Assembly (NCBI GenBank): GCA_045655105.1
Contig: JAZOOQ010000006.1
Span: forward strand, 408 to 64,407
Direction: 5' to 3'
Length of the DNA stretch: 64,000 nt
Origin: Alphaproteobacteria bacterium
Lineage (GTDB): Bacteria; Pseudomonadota; Alphaproteobacteria; CAAHEQ01; UBA3637
The notes under the pieces are model-generated. The model worked only from the letters and a program-made list of their open reading frames with translations. It was not told the DNA's origin and did no database searches. Shown in pieces: positions 54,301 to 63,357 of this stretch. A program made the translations under genes and the position numbers. The number at the start of each line of letters is the position of its first letter. Position 1 is the first letter of the stretch.

Positions 54301-54654
54301 TGTTAATAAATAACCAATAATGGTGAGTGCAACGGCTAAAATAAATGCTGGTTTCATAATGCTTTTATTAGACATGCCAATTGCTTGCATGACCATAACT
54401 TCTTTATCCGCTTGCATTCTAGAAAAAATAAATAAAATCACAGCAAATAAGGCAATAGGTGATAAAATTTGGATAAAGTTAGGTAAAACCAACAATGTCA
54501 TTTCTAAAAACATGCTAACAGGAATACCTTTTGTAACAATCATATCAATCATGCGCAACGATTGTGTAAGCCACACAAGTGTTGTCATTCCTAATAAAAT
54601 CAATAAAAAGCTGATGACCAGCTGTTTTAAAATATATGATGTTAAAATCTTCAT
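51382..54654 (-). CDS. lptD: Single 1,090-codon frame joining an LptF/LptG-family permease (about aa 1-368) to LptD (from internal Met at nt 53550)
   Basis: The N-terminus (MKILTSYILKQLVISFLL ...) has six hydrophobic helices of the YjgP/YjgQ type. An internal MKNSFKLLLIATFCISANTAHS signal peptide follows, then an OstA N-domain (FEADEIFYNHQDESVTAQGNVVI) and the LptD beta-barrel. There is no stop codon between the parts. Confidence 0.75.
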   Translation of the reverse strand: MKILTSYILKQLVISFLLILLGMTTLVWLTQSLRMIDMIVTKGIPVSMFLEMTLLVLPNFIQILSPIALFAVILFIFSRMQADKEVMVMQAIGMSNKSIMKPAFILAVALTIIGYLLTLNIIPASHRELGELKWRVRNDLSHLLLQEGQFNTLNNRLTLYVKERSEDGSVKGVLAYDAKNPKNISVLIAEKGFIFQNDEGFDLVFQNGSRQEYNPETKKFSILNFDKYKMFFSDKKNADSSRKLDESDYSLSYLLSATKEDVGNEIQYRKYKTEILKRLTKPIYNISFMFLAMFAILSPFYNRRGQMGRMNIIILTTILVQSLALAFENLTAKNLWFAPLMFLNLFVPVLIVYYLAMKPIQKPQIKNVMKNSFKLLLIATFCISANTAHSQIKLDPQVKFEKEKPVNFEADEIFYNHQDESVTAQGNVVIEQNNTIIQTDKFVYDKKNGQIIIPHSSKTTTPDGTVTYTADTILTPALKMAVSNVVEMDLYEGSYMSAARYKRKENGDITYLKKATYTPCTFCKGESPLWKLTARTIKHNKPEKEMSFTHSFLKVKDVPVFYFPYLNIPDFTVKRKTGFLAPSFAHSNEMKQGINIPFFVDIADNQNLTLIPTLSTSHDPLGFMDYEGTFTRGYLKLQASGTRDNDDKNQGHIKAHMRADISDKWRLSGQYYRVSSDTYFRRYSLPDVDTSDQYLESNISAERFGERNYFHFKGLSFQNQHGRVNQKSIPVFIPTMNYVYNTEALNNSGLYAFSKINGVAYNNRQRFKSNRASVTQGLHLPYISNLGINIDTKASVRIDGYSIDTGKYSFNGLKTDDSYSTGRFYPVFSSKISYPFAKASENYTQVISPILMLVSSPVSGNKDKIPNVDSLDIDFDDTNLFSENRFIGYDRVETGTRANYGIEYSVYGNKNMSSSFLFGQSYRFSGDEVMEKALGYESNYSDYVGRLQTNFDIFSLAYRFRLNKDDFKPVKNEITFTVGKAPLRVGIDYIKIKDDTKSDEFSYYKNREEILFFGSSQLTKNWSLSGYYRYNLEKKSSQRGPVESGLIAQYENDCTIIAFELDKSFTYDRDYEGDTSFMVKFILKTLGGME

Positions 54655-55560
54655 TTAAAATCCTTCTTGCTTACTATACGCTAAAGGATGAGAATTTTCA
54701 ACAGTCTTTTTTAATCTATCTTGCAAAATATGTGTATAAATTTCTGTTGTTGTGATATCTGCATGACCTAACATTTTTTGAACAGAACGTAAATCCGCAT
54801 CATGTTGAATAAGATGGCTGGCAAAAGAATGCCTAAAAACATGGGGCGAAACACGATGAGGAGAGATGCCTTTTTCGATGGCAATTTTTTTTAATGCTTT
54901 AAAAAAGCCGTCACGGGTTAAATGCCCTGTTTTTGAGGAAGATGGAAATAACCATTTAGACGGTTTATTTTTAGGAAGTAGTGTTTCTCTTTCAATCAAC
55001 CATTGTTCTAAAGCAATACGAGTATTGTCATTTAAAGGTACAATACGTTCTTTATTGCCTTTACCGACAATTGTTAATGTGGATAAATCATGTGTAATAA
55101 CCGTAAGTGGAAGATTAACAATCTCACTGACACGCATTCCTGAAGCATATAGCATTTCAAGAAGAACATATATTCTTGTATTTTTTTCTTTGGCTCCACT
55201 AATTAATAAATCCACTTCTTCTTCAGTAAGGTATTTAGGAAGAGATTTTTTTATTTTGGGGGATTGAATATAATCAGATGGATTTTTTTTAATAATGTCT
55301 TCTGAATATAAAAAACGATAGAATTCACGCATAGCACATAAGCGCCTAGCTTGTGTTTTTGCACTTAAACGTGTGGATAGTAAAAATTCAATATAATCTT
55401 GTAAATCTTCTTTTTTTGCATTTTGAAGTTTAACTTTTTTTGAAAATAAAAAATTATAAAGTTCTTTTAAATCACGACGATAAGCTGTAATGGTGTTAAG
55501 TGCAGCACCTCGTTCAGCTAATAGCATTTCCAAAAAAGAATCAATTAATTTTAAGCTCAT
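54655..55560 (-). CDS. xerD: Tyrosine recombinase XerD
   Basis: N-terminal FLEMLLAERGAALNTITAYRRDL. Catalytic region ASGMRVSE, HVFRHSFASHL, LGHADITTTEIYTHI. Confidence 0.88.
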   Translation of the reverse strand: MSLKLIDSFLEMLLAERGAALNTITAYRRDLKELYNFLFSKKVKLQNAKKEDLQDYIEFLLSTRLSAKTQARRLCAMREFYRFLYSEDIIKKNPSDYIQSPKIKKSLPKYLTEEEVDLLISGAKEKNTRIYVLLEMLYASGMRVSEIVNLPLTVITHDLSTLTIVGKGNKERIVPLNDNTRIALEQWLIERETLLPKNKPSKWLFPSSSKTGHLTRDGFFKALKKIAIEKGISPHRVSPHVFRHSFASHLIQHDADLRSVQKMLGHADITTTEIYTHILQDRLKKTVENSHPLAYSKQEGF

Positions 55561-57071
55561 TGATAAAGTGTTCCTTCAAGTTCAAGTGGTAAAGAAACAT
55601 CTTGAGGATAATTTTGCTTAATGAAAAATATTAAAGAATGTTTGTCAGAGATATTTTCATCATTTAAATCAAAGATAGCCCTGATTAAATTTTCACCTGT
55701 TTTTCCTTGATGCTCTTGATTTAAATATTCAAAAATCATAAGAGGAGGGTGATTTGGTTTTTGAGTGTTTAGCGTTTCATAAAATTCTTGAGATGCTTTT
55801 TGCCAAAATTTTGAGCAGTTTTCTTCTTTTATGTCAGTGCAAAAATAATTTAAAAGAGACTCTGTTTCTTGAGGAATTCCAGCTCCTATCTTTTGAAGGC
55901 CAGGAATTAACAATAATCTTTCTTTTTGATAAGTATCTTCTTTTTCATTTTTTAAAATTTGATACCATTCATTTGCTTTTTCTAAATTGTTTTGCAAGAT
56001 ATAAATTTGAGCTGCATAAAAAGAAAGATCTTTTAATTCTTGTTGTGGTAAAATGGTGTTTAATTCTTGTTCAATAAGTGGCGCTATATAAAGACCTAAT
56101 TTATCTTGAAATGCAATTTTTATGAATGTTTTAATCCATTGAGCTTTTGTAAAATTATCTGTTTCAGATTTAATTTTTTGATAAATTTCAGCTCGTTTTA
56201 AATGATTTGGTTCAATTTTTAGATCAAAAAGTGGCAATTTATAAATGCTTTCAAGTTCTTGAGCATTTAAAGATGTTTTTTCAGCATAATAAATGCGATC
56301 ACTGATGTTCGATACTGGTAAATTGATAAAGATTTTTTGAATGCCTTCAAATTGATTATTTAATGAAAAAGAGTGGGCTTTTAATCTTGAAAATAGATAA
56401 ATATGCTCAATATTTAATGGCAAATCATTTGGTAGTTCTGTTTCTAATTCCAGAAGAATGTTTTCAGCTAAAGCATAGAAAAGAGGGTTTTCACCTTTTT
56501 GATTTTCTCTATATATTTCATAAGATAAAATAGCTTTGTTTTTTTCTTCTTTTTCTAAGAAAAAATTAATCCGAGCTTCATCAGTTTTAAATGAGGGCGA
56601 TAAATTTTCAAATTCTTTTTCTGCTTCTTCAAATTTTCCTTGTGCAATAAGAATATTTGTTTTTAAAAGAGCGATGTTTTGATTTATCTTTTGTGCAGGA
56701 ATTAGGTTAATCAATTTTAATGCTTCGTCAAAGGCGCCTAAACGGGTTAAAGCTTCAAGTCTTTTTGTTAAAAAAATATCTTCTTTTTGATTTTTAAGTT
56801 CGTAACCTGTTGTATCTTGTGTTAACAAGAGAATAAGCGCTTTTTTTGAAGCGGGAGAAAGTTTTTTTGTTCCAATTTGATCGATAAGTTTAAACAAAGT
56901 ATCTGTATCGCTTTCTTGCCATAAGTCTTTTTTAAACTTGTCATGTGAGCCAAGTGTGTTCAGTGAAAAGGGTGAAAGATCACTTATTACAACGCCAGAA
57001 TCAATTAATGATGCTGATGAGTTATAACAAAAAAGGAGTGAACAACAAAATAAAAGAAGAGTTTTTTTCAT
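55557..57071 (-). CDS. Secreted helical-repeat (TPR-like) protein, unknown function
   Basis: Signal peptide MKKTLLLFCCSLLFCYNSSAS, all-helical repeat-like composition. Its stop overlaps the xerD start (ATGA). Confidence 0.55.
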   Translation of the reverse strand: MKKTLLLFCCSLLFCYNSSASLIDSGVVISDLSPFSLNTLGSHDKFKKDLWQESDTDTLFKLIDQIGTKKLSPASKKALILLLTQDTTGYELKNQKEDIFLTKRLEALTRLGAFDEALKLINLIPAQKINQNIALLKTNILIAQGKFEEAEKEFENLSPSFKTDEARINFFLEKEEKNKAILSYEIYRENQKGENPLFYALAENILLELETELPNDLPLNIEHIYLFSRLKAHSFSLNNQFEGIQKIFINLPVSNISDRIYYAEKTSLNAQELESIYKLPLFDLKIEPNHLKRAEIYQKIKSETDNFTKAQWIKTFIKIAFQDKLGLYIAPLIEQELNTILPQQELKDLSFYAAQIYILQNNLEKANEWYQILKNEKEDTYQKERLLLIPGLQKIGAGIPQETESLLNYFCTDIKEENCSKFWQKASQEFYETLNTQKPNHPPLMIFEYLNQEHQGKTGENLIRAIFDLNDENISDKHSLIFFIKQNYPQDVSLPLELEGTLYQ

Positions 57072-57214
57072 TAATTTAATGGAGTTTGAATTTCTTTTTC
57101 AATGTGGGTAATTTCTGCTTTAGGTTCAATAAATGCCAAAACAATAAAAAAAGCAGCTACTAAAAGGATGGTTATTTTAAGAAAAATATGTTTTTTTTCC
57201 TCTTTGTGAATCAT
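57071..57214 (-). CDS. Small single-TM protein (47 aa), absent from the supplied ORF track
   Basis: Hand translation: MIHKEEKKHIFLKITILLVAAFFIVLAFIEPKAEITHIEKEIQTPLN. AGGAG 8 nt upstream; its stop overlaps the next start (TAATG). Confidence 0.45.
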   Translation of the reverse strand: MIHKEEKKHIFLKITILLVAAFFIVLAFIEPKAEITHIEKEIQTPLN

Positions 57215-57304
57215 TTTATACTCCTTTATACTGGACAGATTAAATAAATCTTGCTATGATATTCAGTAATACTATATTTATTTAAGAATTGTCAAGAAAA
57301 GAAC

Positions 57305-57922
57305 ATGAAACAAAAATTATTAGAACCTAAAATTATTTTGCTTGTTGGAATGATGGGTGTTGGTAAAACGAGTTTAGGTCGAATTTTATCTAAAAAGTTG
57401 CAATTGCCATTTTATGATAGTGATAAAGAAATTGAAAGATCAACAGGTTTTTTGATTAATGAATTATTTTCAAAATGCGGAATGGAAGAATTTCGTTTAG
57501 GTGAAGAACGAGTTATGCAAAGACTGCTTAATGGCGAACCTTGTGTGCTTTCTTCAGGAGGGGGTGCTTTTTTATCTGAAAAAACAAGAAAACTTGCTTC
57601 TGAAAAAGCTATTTCCATTTGGATCAAAGCATCAAGTGATGTTATTTCAAGAAGAACTCAAGGTCGCACGCATAGACCATTGGTTCCTGCTGCTGATAAT
57701 CATAAAACGATTGAACGTTTAGTTCATGAAAGGTATCCTGTTTATTCTGAGGCGGATATTATGGTTGAATCTTTTAAAGAGTCACCATATCGAACAGTAA
57801 GTCGTCTTTTAAAAGAGCTGGAAAAAAGAAATATCATTGAGAATGTTGAAGATAAAAATCAGGCGCCCTTCCCAAGGTATAAGAAAAAAAAGCGCTTGCC
57901 CAAACCATTAAGGAAAAAATAA
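57305..57922 (+). CDS. aroK: Shikimate kinase with basic C-terminal tail
   Basis: P-loop GMMGVGKTS, FYDSDKEIE, SSGGGAF. The additional C-terminal end is Lys/Arg-rich. Confidence 0.88.
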   Translation: MKQKLLEPKIILLVGMMGVGKTSLGRILSKKLQLPFYDSDKEIERSTGFLINELFSKCGMEEFRLGEERVMQRLLNGEPCVLSSGGGAFLSEKTRKLASEKAISIWIKASSDVISRRTQGRTHRPLVPAADNHKTIERLVHERYPVYSEADIMVESFKESPYRTVSRLLKELEKRNIIENVEDKNQAPFPRYKKKKRLPKPLRKK

Positions 57923-57925
57923 AAA

Positions 57926-59188
57926 ATGATTGATTGTTTTTTGATCTTCTTTTTGTTGTTGCTTTCATTTTATTTTTCAGGAACAGAAACAGCTATGACT
58001 GCTGTTTCTATGCCGCAACTTTATGAATTAGGAAAAAAAGGAAATTGGCGAGCGCAACAAATTTTGTTGTTGAAAAAAGATTCATCCAAGCTTTTGGGTA
58101 CATTATTATTCGGAAACAATATCGTTAATATTGCTTTAACTGCTTTATCAACAGCTCTTATGATTGAATTTTTTGGTGAAGAATATGGTGTTTTAATTGC
58201 AACATTTGGTGTGAGTGTTGTTGTTCTTTTGTTTTCAGAAATTATGCCAAAAACGTATGCTTTGAATAACCCTTTGGCATTTTCAATGGTTAGTGTTCCG
58301 CTTTTAACGTTTTTTGTTTTTTGTTTTTCTCCAATTGTAAAGGCATTTGGTGTTTTTTCTCAGATACTGATCAAATTTTTGCCCAAAGGAGAACAACACG
58401 TTGATGCTGAAACTGTAAAGGCTGAAATTCGAGGAACTATTTTAATGCCATCAGAAGATGATGCAATTATTAGCCAAGAAAAGGTTATGTTAAAAAGCGT
58501 GTTGGATTTAAGTGATGTGACTGTGGAAGATATTATGGTTCATAGAAGTCAGGTTGTTTCATTAAATGCGGCATTGCCTTTGACAGAAATTTTTGAATTT
58601 TTAAGTCGTTCGCCTTATAGTCGTATTCCACTTTGGAAGGGTGAGCCAGATAATATCATTGGTGTTTTGCATGCAAAAGCGTTGCTCAAATTAATGAATG
58701 CTTATTATCGAGGAAAAGTAAAGGTTTCTGTTGCTGATTATTTAACAAAACCTTGGTTTGTTTTGAATACAACTTCTTTGTTAGATCAGCTCCATGCTTT
58801 TAAAAGAAGAAGAGAACACTTTGCCCTTGTTGTTGATGAATATGGTGTGATTGAAGGGTTGGTTACATTAGAGGATATTTTAGAAGAAATTGTTGGTGAT
58901 ATTTCTGATGAAAATGATGTTCCAACCGAATCGAATTTGCAAGTTGTAAAAACAGATGCGGGTGGTTTTCGTTTGGATGGCCAAACAACTTTGCGTGATA
59001 TTAATCGTCATTTTAAATGGGAATTATCTGATGATAAAGCTTCAACTTTGGCTGGATATATTCTTTATGAAGTTGAAAGAATTCCATCCGTTGGAGAAAC
59101 ATTTGTGATTGATGGATTTTCATTTACAATTGTTTCTAAAAATAAAAACAGATTGGCTGTTATTGAAATTTTGCCACCAGCTTCTTAA
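57926..59188 (+). CDS. tlyC: HlyC/CorC-family (TlyC-like) membrane protein: DUF21, CBS pair and CorC_HlyC domains
   Basis: Four N-terminal TM helices, CBS-pair region (VEDIMVHRSQV ... IPLWKGEPDNIIGVLH), C-terminal transporter-associated domain. Confidence 0.85.
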   Translation: MIDCFLIFFLLLLSFYFSGTETAMTAVSMPQLYELGKKGNWRAQQILLLKKDSSKLLGTLLFGNNIVNIALTALSTALMIEFFGEEYGVLIATFGVSVVVLLFSEIMPKTYALNNPLAFSMVSVPLLTFFVFCFSPIVKAFGVFSQILIKFLPKGEQHVDAETVKAEIRGTILMPSEDDAIISQEKVMLKSVLDLSDVTVEDIMVHRSQVVSLNAALPLTEIFEFLSRSPYSRIPLWKGEPDNIIGVLHAKALLKLMNAYYRGKVKVSVADYLTKPWFVLNTTSLLDQLHAFKRRREHFALVVDEYGVIEGLVTLEDILEEIVGDISDENDVPTESNLQVVKTDAGGFRLDGQTTLRDINRHFKWELSDDKASTLAGYILYEVERIPSVGETFVIDGFSFTIVSKNKNRLAVIEILPPAS

Positions 59189-59760
59189 TTGGTATAACGT
59201 GTTAAAACAATAATATTTTGAACGCTAATTGTGTTTTTAATAACAGCTAAAACTTTTTTAAGTTCTTCTTCATTTTCGCTGATTCCCATCAAATAGATGG
59301 TCCCATTTTCCATAGTTATTTTGTAATTGACAGAAGAGATTTCTTTAGTGATAGAAAGCTCATATCGAATTTTGGCAGAGATTGCTGCATCTTCATTAAC
59401 AACCCCAATATCCACGGGATCATCTAATCGAATATAATTGTAAACTTTTTTAACACCAGTTGTATTCCAAACAATTTCATTTACTTCATCAATAAGAGAT
59501 GTTTGTGGCAAAGCTCCATTTAATAAAACACATCCTTCAAAAACTGTGATTTCAATATCTAAAAAATATTTGATATCTTTTTGAGCTAAGTTTTTGCGGA
59601 TAGAAAGATTAATTTTAGTGTCATTATAATCATCTTTTAAAGATCTGTCATCTAAAATTAAAGAAGTAACCTTATGGCCTGCATTATAAATTGTTCCGAT
59701 AAATTGACATCCAGTAAGAAATAAACAAAAAAAAGAGCAATATATAAGCCTTTTTTTCAT
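59185..59760 (-). CDS. BON-domain lipoprotein (DolP/YraP-like)
   Basis: Lipobox FLTGC, two BON-like modules. ATGA overlap with yraN. Synteny with rsmI/yraN as in the E. coli yra cluster. Confidence 0.7.
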   Translation of the reverse strand: MKKRLIYCSFFCLFLTGCQFIGTIYNAGHKVTSLILDDRSLKDDYNDTKINLSIRKNLAQKDIKYFLDIEITVFEGCVLLNGALPQTSLIDEVNEIVWNTTGVKKVYNYIRLDDPVDIGVVNEDAAISAKIRYELSITKEISSVNYKITMENGTIYLMGISENEEELKKVLAVIKNTISVQNIIVLTRYTN

Positions 59761-60122
59761 AAAACTCTCCAGGCATCTTTTAAGTGTTTGGGCCAAAAAC
59801 TTTTGTCTTTAAATAAAATGGCATCGTATCGAACATTCAAATTTTGCAAATTAGGGTGTTTTTTTAAAAAAACAGCTGAAGATTTAACAACGCGAAGCTG
59901 ATTATTCATATCGATAGCTTCAGCGGCTCTTAAATATGTTTTTCGTTTTTTAACCTCAATAAAAACAAGGTTTTTCCCTTTTTTCATTATTAAATCAATT
60001 TCACCGGCGCCTGTGCCGTTTTTAACGATGAAATTTTTTTTGAGCAATCGATATCCTTTGCATCTCAAATAAAAAAGAGCGATACTTTCGCTTATATGAG
60101 TGTTTTTAAACTTTTTTCCCAT
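59757..60122 (-). CDS. yraN: YraN-family (UPF0102) endonuclease-fold protein
   Basis: GYRLLKKNF ... GEIDLIMKKGKNLVFIEVKKRK. Start trimmed to ATG 60122. Confidence 0.75.
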   Translation of the reverse strand: MGKKFKNTHISESIALFYLRCKGYRLLKKNFIVKNGTGAGEIDLIMKKGKNLVFIEVKKRKTYLRAAEAIDMNNQLRVVKSSAVFLKKHPNLQNLNVRYDAILFKDKSFWPKHLKDAWRVL

Positions 60123-60933
60123 TTTTAAGATCCAGTGCTTTCTTGTAAATTTCTTTTTTTTGATATCCACTAATTTTTGAAACAATTTCAGCCGTGTCTT
60201 TTACAGAAGAAGTTTCTAATGTTTTTAAAATAAGCTCTTCAATATTAATTTCTTCAATGCTTTCTCTTTTTCTATCGATTACTAAAACGATTTCCCCCTT
60301 AGGCTGATCATTTTCTTCATAATATGCAATAAGATCCGAAACAAAACCAGATTTTGTCTCCTCAAATTTTTTAGTAATTTCTCGAACAACAGCCATTTCT
60401 CTGTTTCCTAAAATATCTAAAATATCTTTTAAAGAATCAATAAGTCGATTCGCGGTTTCATAAAAAATAAGTGTTGCTGGAACTGATTTAAAGGTGGATA
60501 AATGATTTTTTCTGGCACTTTGTTTGTGTGGCAAAAATCCAGCAAATAAAAAGGCATCTGAAGGAAGACCGGAAAGTTGCAAAGCTGATAAAACGGCATT
60601 AGCGCCTGGAACTGTTGAAACTTCGTGACCTTTTTGACGACATTCTCTTACAAGGCGATATCCGGGATCTGAAATAAGAGGAGTGCCCGCATCACTAACA
60701 AGAGCAACAAGAAGTCCTTTTTCTAAATAAGATATAATTTTAGGACGAATTTCATCTGCGTTATGTTCATGATAAGGAATAAGTTTTTTGGCTTTTATAC
60801 CAACAAGTGAAAATAAAGAGGAGCTTGTTCTTGTATCTTCACACGCAATAATATCTGCGTTGTTCAAAGTTTCAATCGCTCTTTTTGAAATGTCAGACAA
60901 ATTACCGATTGGAGTGGATACCAAAATAAGCAT
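60106..60933 (-). CDS. rsmI: 16S rRNA (cytidine1402-2'-O)-methyltransferase RsmI
   Basis: MLILVSTPIGNLSDIS ... IIACEDTR, SDAGTPLISDPG (tetrapyrrole-methylase fold). Confidence 0.9.
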   Translation of the reverse strand: MLILVSTPIGNLSDISKRAIETLNNADIIACEDTRTSSSLFSLVGIKAKKLIPYHEHNADEIRPKIISYLEKGLLVALVSDAGTPLISDPGYRLVRECRQKGHEVSTVPGANAVLSALQLSGLPSDAFLFAGFLPHKQSARKNHLSTFKSVPATLIFYETANRLIDSLKDILDILGNREMAVVREITKKFEETKSGFVSDLIAYYEENDQPKGEIVLVIDRKRESIEEINIEELILKTLETSSVKDTAEIVSKISGYQKKEIYKKALDLKNGKKV

Positions 60934-61015
60934 AAGAACCTCATTAATAATACTTGAAAATTTTTAATATTTTCAGTATACCAAATAAAAAGAAAGAAGA
61001 AAAGGAAATAATTTT

Positions 61016-62194
61016 ATGTTAAAAAAAATACTCATGGCAACATTATCTCTTGCTTTGGCGGGATGTGCTTTAAAAACAAATAAAACAAGTCCATTTGATG
61101 ATGGCGTTTTTGATGAAGTGCAAAAAGAAAAAACAAAAACAGCAGTGTTTTTGCCTTTATCAGGGGATTCTGCAGCGCTTGGTGATGCTTTTCGTAATGC
61201 TATTTTAATGGCGCAGTTAGATCGATCAACAGATGAAGTAACAGAAGTTGATTTTTATGATACAAAAGGAACGCCTCAAGGGGCAGAAGAAGCTTATTTA
61301 AAAGCGCAAAAAAATAATGCAGATATTATTTTAGGGCCAGTTTTTTCAAACAGTGTTGCTGCAATTAAAAATTTAGATCCAGATATTCCAGTTCTTTCTT
61401 TTACATCTGATACATCAGTTTTGGGTGATAATGTTTATTCAATGGCCTTGTTAATTGAAGAACAAATTAAAAGAATTGTTAAATTTGCTTGTGAGAAAGG
61501 GCAGTTTCGTATAGCTTTATTGGGCCCAAATGATAAAACAGGGGCTATGGTTTTAAAATCATTTGAAGAAGCGATAACTAATTGTCCTGGTATGCAGTTA
61601 TCACATATTTCTTTGTACGATTCTCAAAATCCAGATTTAATGGCTGCAGTTCAAAAAATTGCGCCGCCACTTATTGATTTAAAAGATAAAGAGCTTACAG
61701 AAGAAGAAAAACAATTGGCTCAAAATCCAACGGCAGATCGAATTGAATTTGATGCATTATTTGTTTTTGAACAAGGAGTGAAATTGCAACAATTAATTTC
61801 TCTTCTTTCCTATTATGATGTAACACCTAATTTAGTTGCATTTTATGGATTGGCTACATTGCGTGGACAAGGTTCAAGAGAGCTTGCTGGCGCTTATTTT
61901 GCGGATTTGCCTCAAAATCATTTAAATATATATCAAAAGAATTATCAAGAGGCATTTTTTACAAAGCCAATTTCAGTTTCTGCTTTAGGGTATGATGGTA
62001 TTTCTTTGATTAGTTATTTATCTCAAAAAGAAATGTTAAATAAAAAAGCATTACTAAGTGAAGATGGATTTGTTGGGTTAAATGGACGGTTTAGATTTAA
62101 TAAGGATGGAACAAATGATCGTTTGCTTGAAATGTTTCAAATTCGAGGGAAAAATTATATCATTAAGGTTTCTCCAGCAGATAGCTCTTTTTAA
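61016..62194 (+). CDS. LpoA/LppC-like lipoprotein (penicillin-binding protein activator family, tentative)
   Basis: Lipobox LALAGC, type-1 periplasmic-binding-fold-like sequence. Divergent from rsmI, as lpoA is in other proteobacteria. Confidence 0.55.
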   Translation: MLKKILMATLSLALAGCALKTNKTSPFDDGVFDEVQKEKTKTAVFLPLSGDSAALGDAFRNAILMAQLDRSTDEVTEVDFYDTKGTPQGAEEAYLKAQKNNADIILGPVFSNSVAAIKNLDPDIPVLSFTSDTSVLGDNVYSMALLIEEQIKRIVKFACEKGQFRIALLGPNDKTGAMVLKSFEEAITNCPGMQLSHISLYDSQNPDLMAAVQKIAPPLIDLKDKELTEEEKQLAQNPTADRIEFDALFVFEQGVKLQQLISLLSYYDVTPNLVAFYGLATLRGQGSRELAGAYFADLPQNHLNIYQKNYQEAFFTKPISVSALGYDGISLISYLSQKEMLNKKALLSEDGFVGLNGRFRFNKDGTNDRLLEMFQIRGKNYIIKVSPADSSF

Positions 62195-63279
62195 TCGGAT
62201 AACAGTAAAATAAGTTTATTTAATAAAAGGCGTCCTTTAAGCGTTGTATATATTTTATCCTTTTGAAGAATAATCCAATTGTTTTTTAAGGCAATTTGAA
62301 TTTTGTCAGGATTAATATTTGTTATAGGATAACCTTTATTAATCAGTCTTAATCCCATTAAAAGTTTTTCTTCTTCGCGTTCTTTTGTGGTTAGTTTTGT
62401 GAATGTTAATCCATTGGAAAGCCATTGGAGTGGATTTTTATAATTTTGAGTGGCGACAAGATTTATTCGGCCATGTGCAGCAGGGCCAATTCCCATATAA
62501 TCATTGCCTTCCCAATAAAGAAGATTGTGTTTGCATTCTTCATTTTTTGAGGCATGATTTGAAATTTCATAGGCAGGTATTCCAGCGCTTTGCATAATTT
62601 CTTGTGTTAAACAATATAATCGAGTGGCTTGGATTTCTGAAATTTGCGGAATACCCATTTTGTAAAATGGGGTTCCTTCTTCTAATGTAAGTTGATATAA
62701 AGAATAATGTTTTAAACCAAGAGAAAGAGCACTTGTTAATTCTTTTTCCCAGCATTTTAAAGATTGACGTGGTCTAGCATAAATTAAATCAATATTAATG
62801 CGTTTAAAGATATTTTTTGCCTCATCAATTCGTTGAAGTGCTGTTTTTAAAGAATGTTTTCTTCCTAGAAAAAGTAAATCTTTTTCATTTAAAGATTGAA
62901 TGCCCAAAGAAAGGCGATTTAATCCCGAATCTGAAAAGTTTTTCATTTTTTCTTTTGTAATTGCATCAGGATTGGCTTCTAAAGAAATTTCAATATTGTT
63001 TGATAGTTTAAAATTTTTTACAATTTCATTTAACAAAGTATCAAATAATTTTTCGCTCATTAAAGAGGGGGTTCCACCACCAAAAAATATAGAGGTTATC
63101 TCTTTTTGAATATTAAATTTTTCTTTAAAAACAATAAGGTCTCTAAGATATCCTTTTAATAGCATATCTTCATCTATTTTTTTTGAAACACTGCTTGCAA
63201 AATCACAATATGGGCACTTACTTAAACAGTAAGGCCAGTGTATATATAATCCAAAAGGTTCTTTTTTAGGTTGTGTCAT
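62191..63279 (-). CDS. hemW: Radical SAM heme chaperone HemW (HemN-like)
   Basis: YIHWPYCLSKCPYCDF, FFGGGTPS, HemN C-terminal domain. Confidence 0.88.
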   Translation of the reverse strand: MTQPKKEPFGLYIHWPYCLSKCPYCDFASSVSKKIDEDMLLKGYLRDLIVFKEKFNIQKEITSIFFGGGTPSLMSEKLFDTLLNEIVKNFKLSNNIEISLEANPDAITKEKMKNFSDSGLNRLSLGIQSLNEKDLLFLGRKHSLKTALQRIDEAKNIFKRINIDLIYARPRQSLKCWEKELTSALSLGLKHYSLYQLTLEEGTPFYKMGIPQISEIQATRLYCLTQEIMQSAGIPAYEISNHASKNEECKHNLLYWEGNDYMGIGPAAHGRINLVATQNYKNPLQWLSNGLTFTKLTTKEREEEKLLMGLRLINKGYPITNINPDKIQIALKNNWIILQKDKIYTTLKGRLLLNKLILLLSD

Positions 63280-63357
63280 TCTCTTCTTGACATTTTCTTG
63301 AAAAAGCGATAATGTGAAACTCGTATAGGTTTAATTATTAACAGGAAAGAAAAGACA

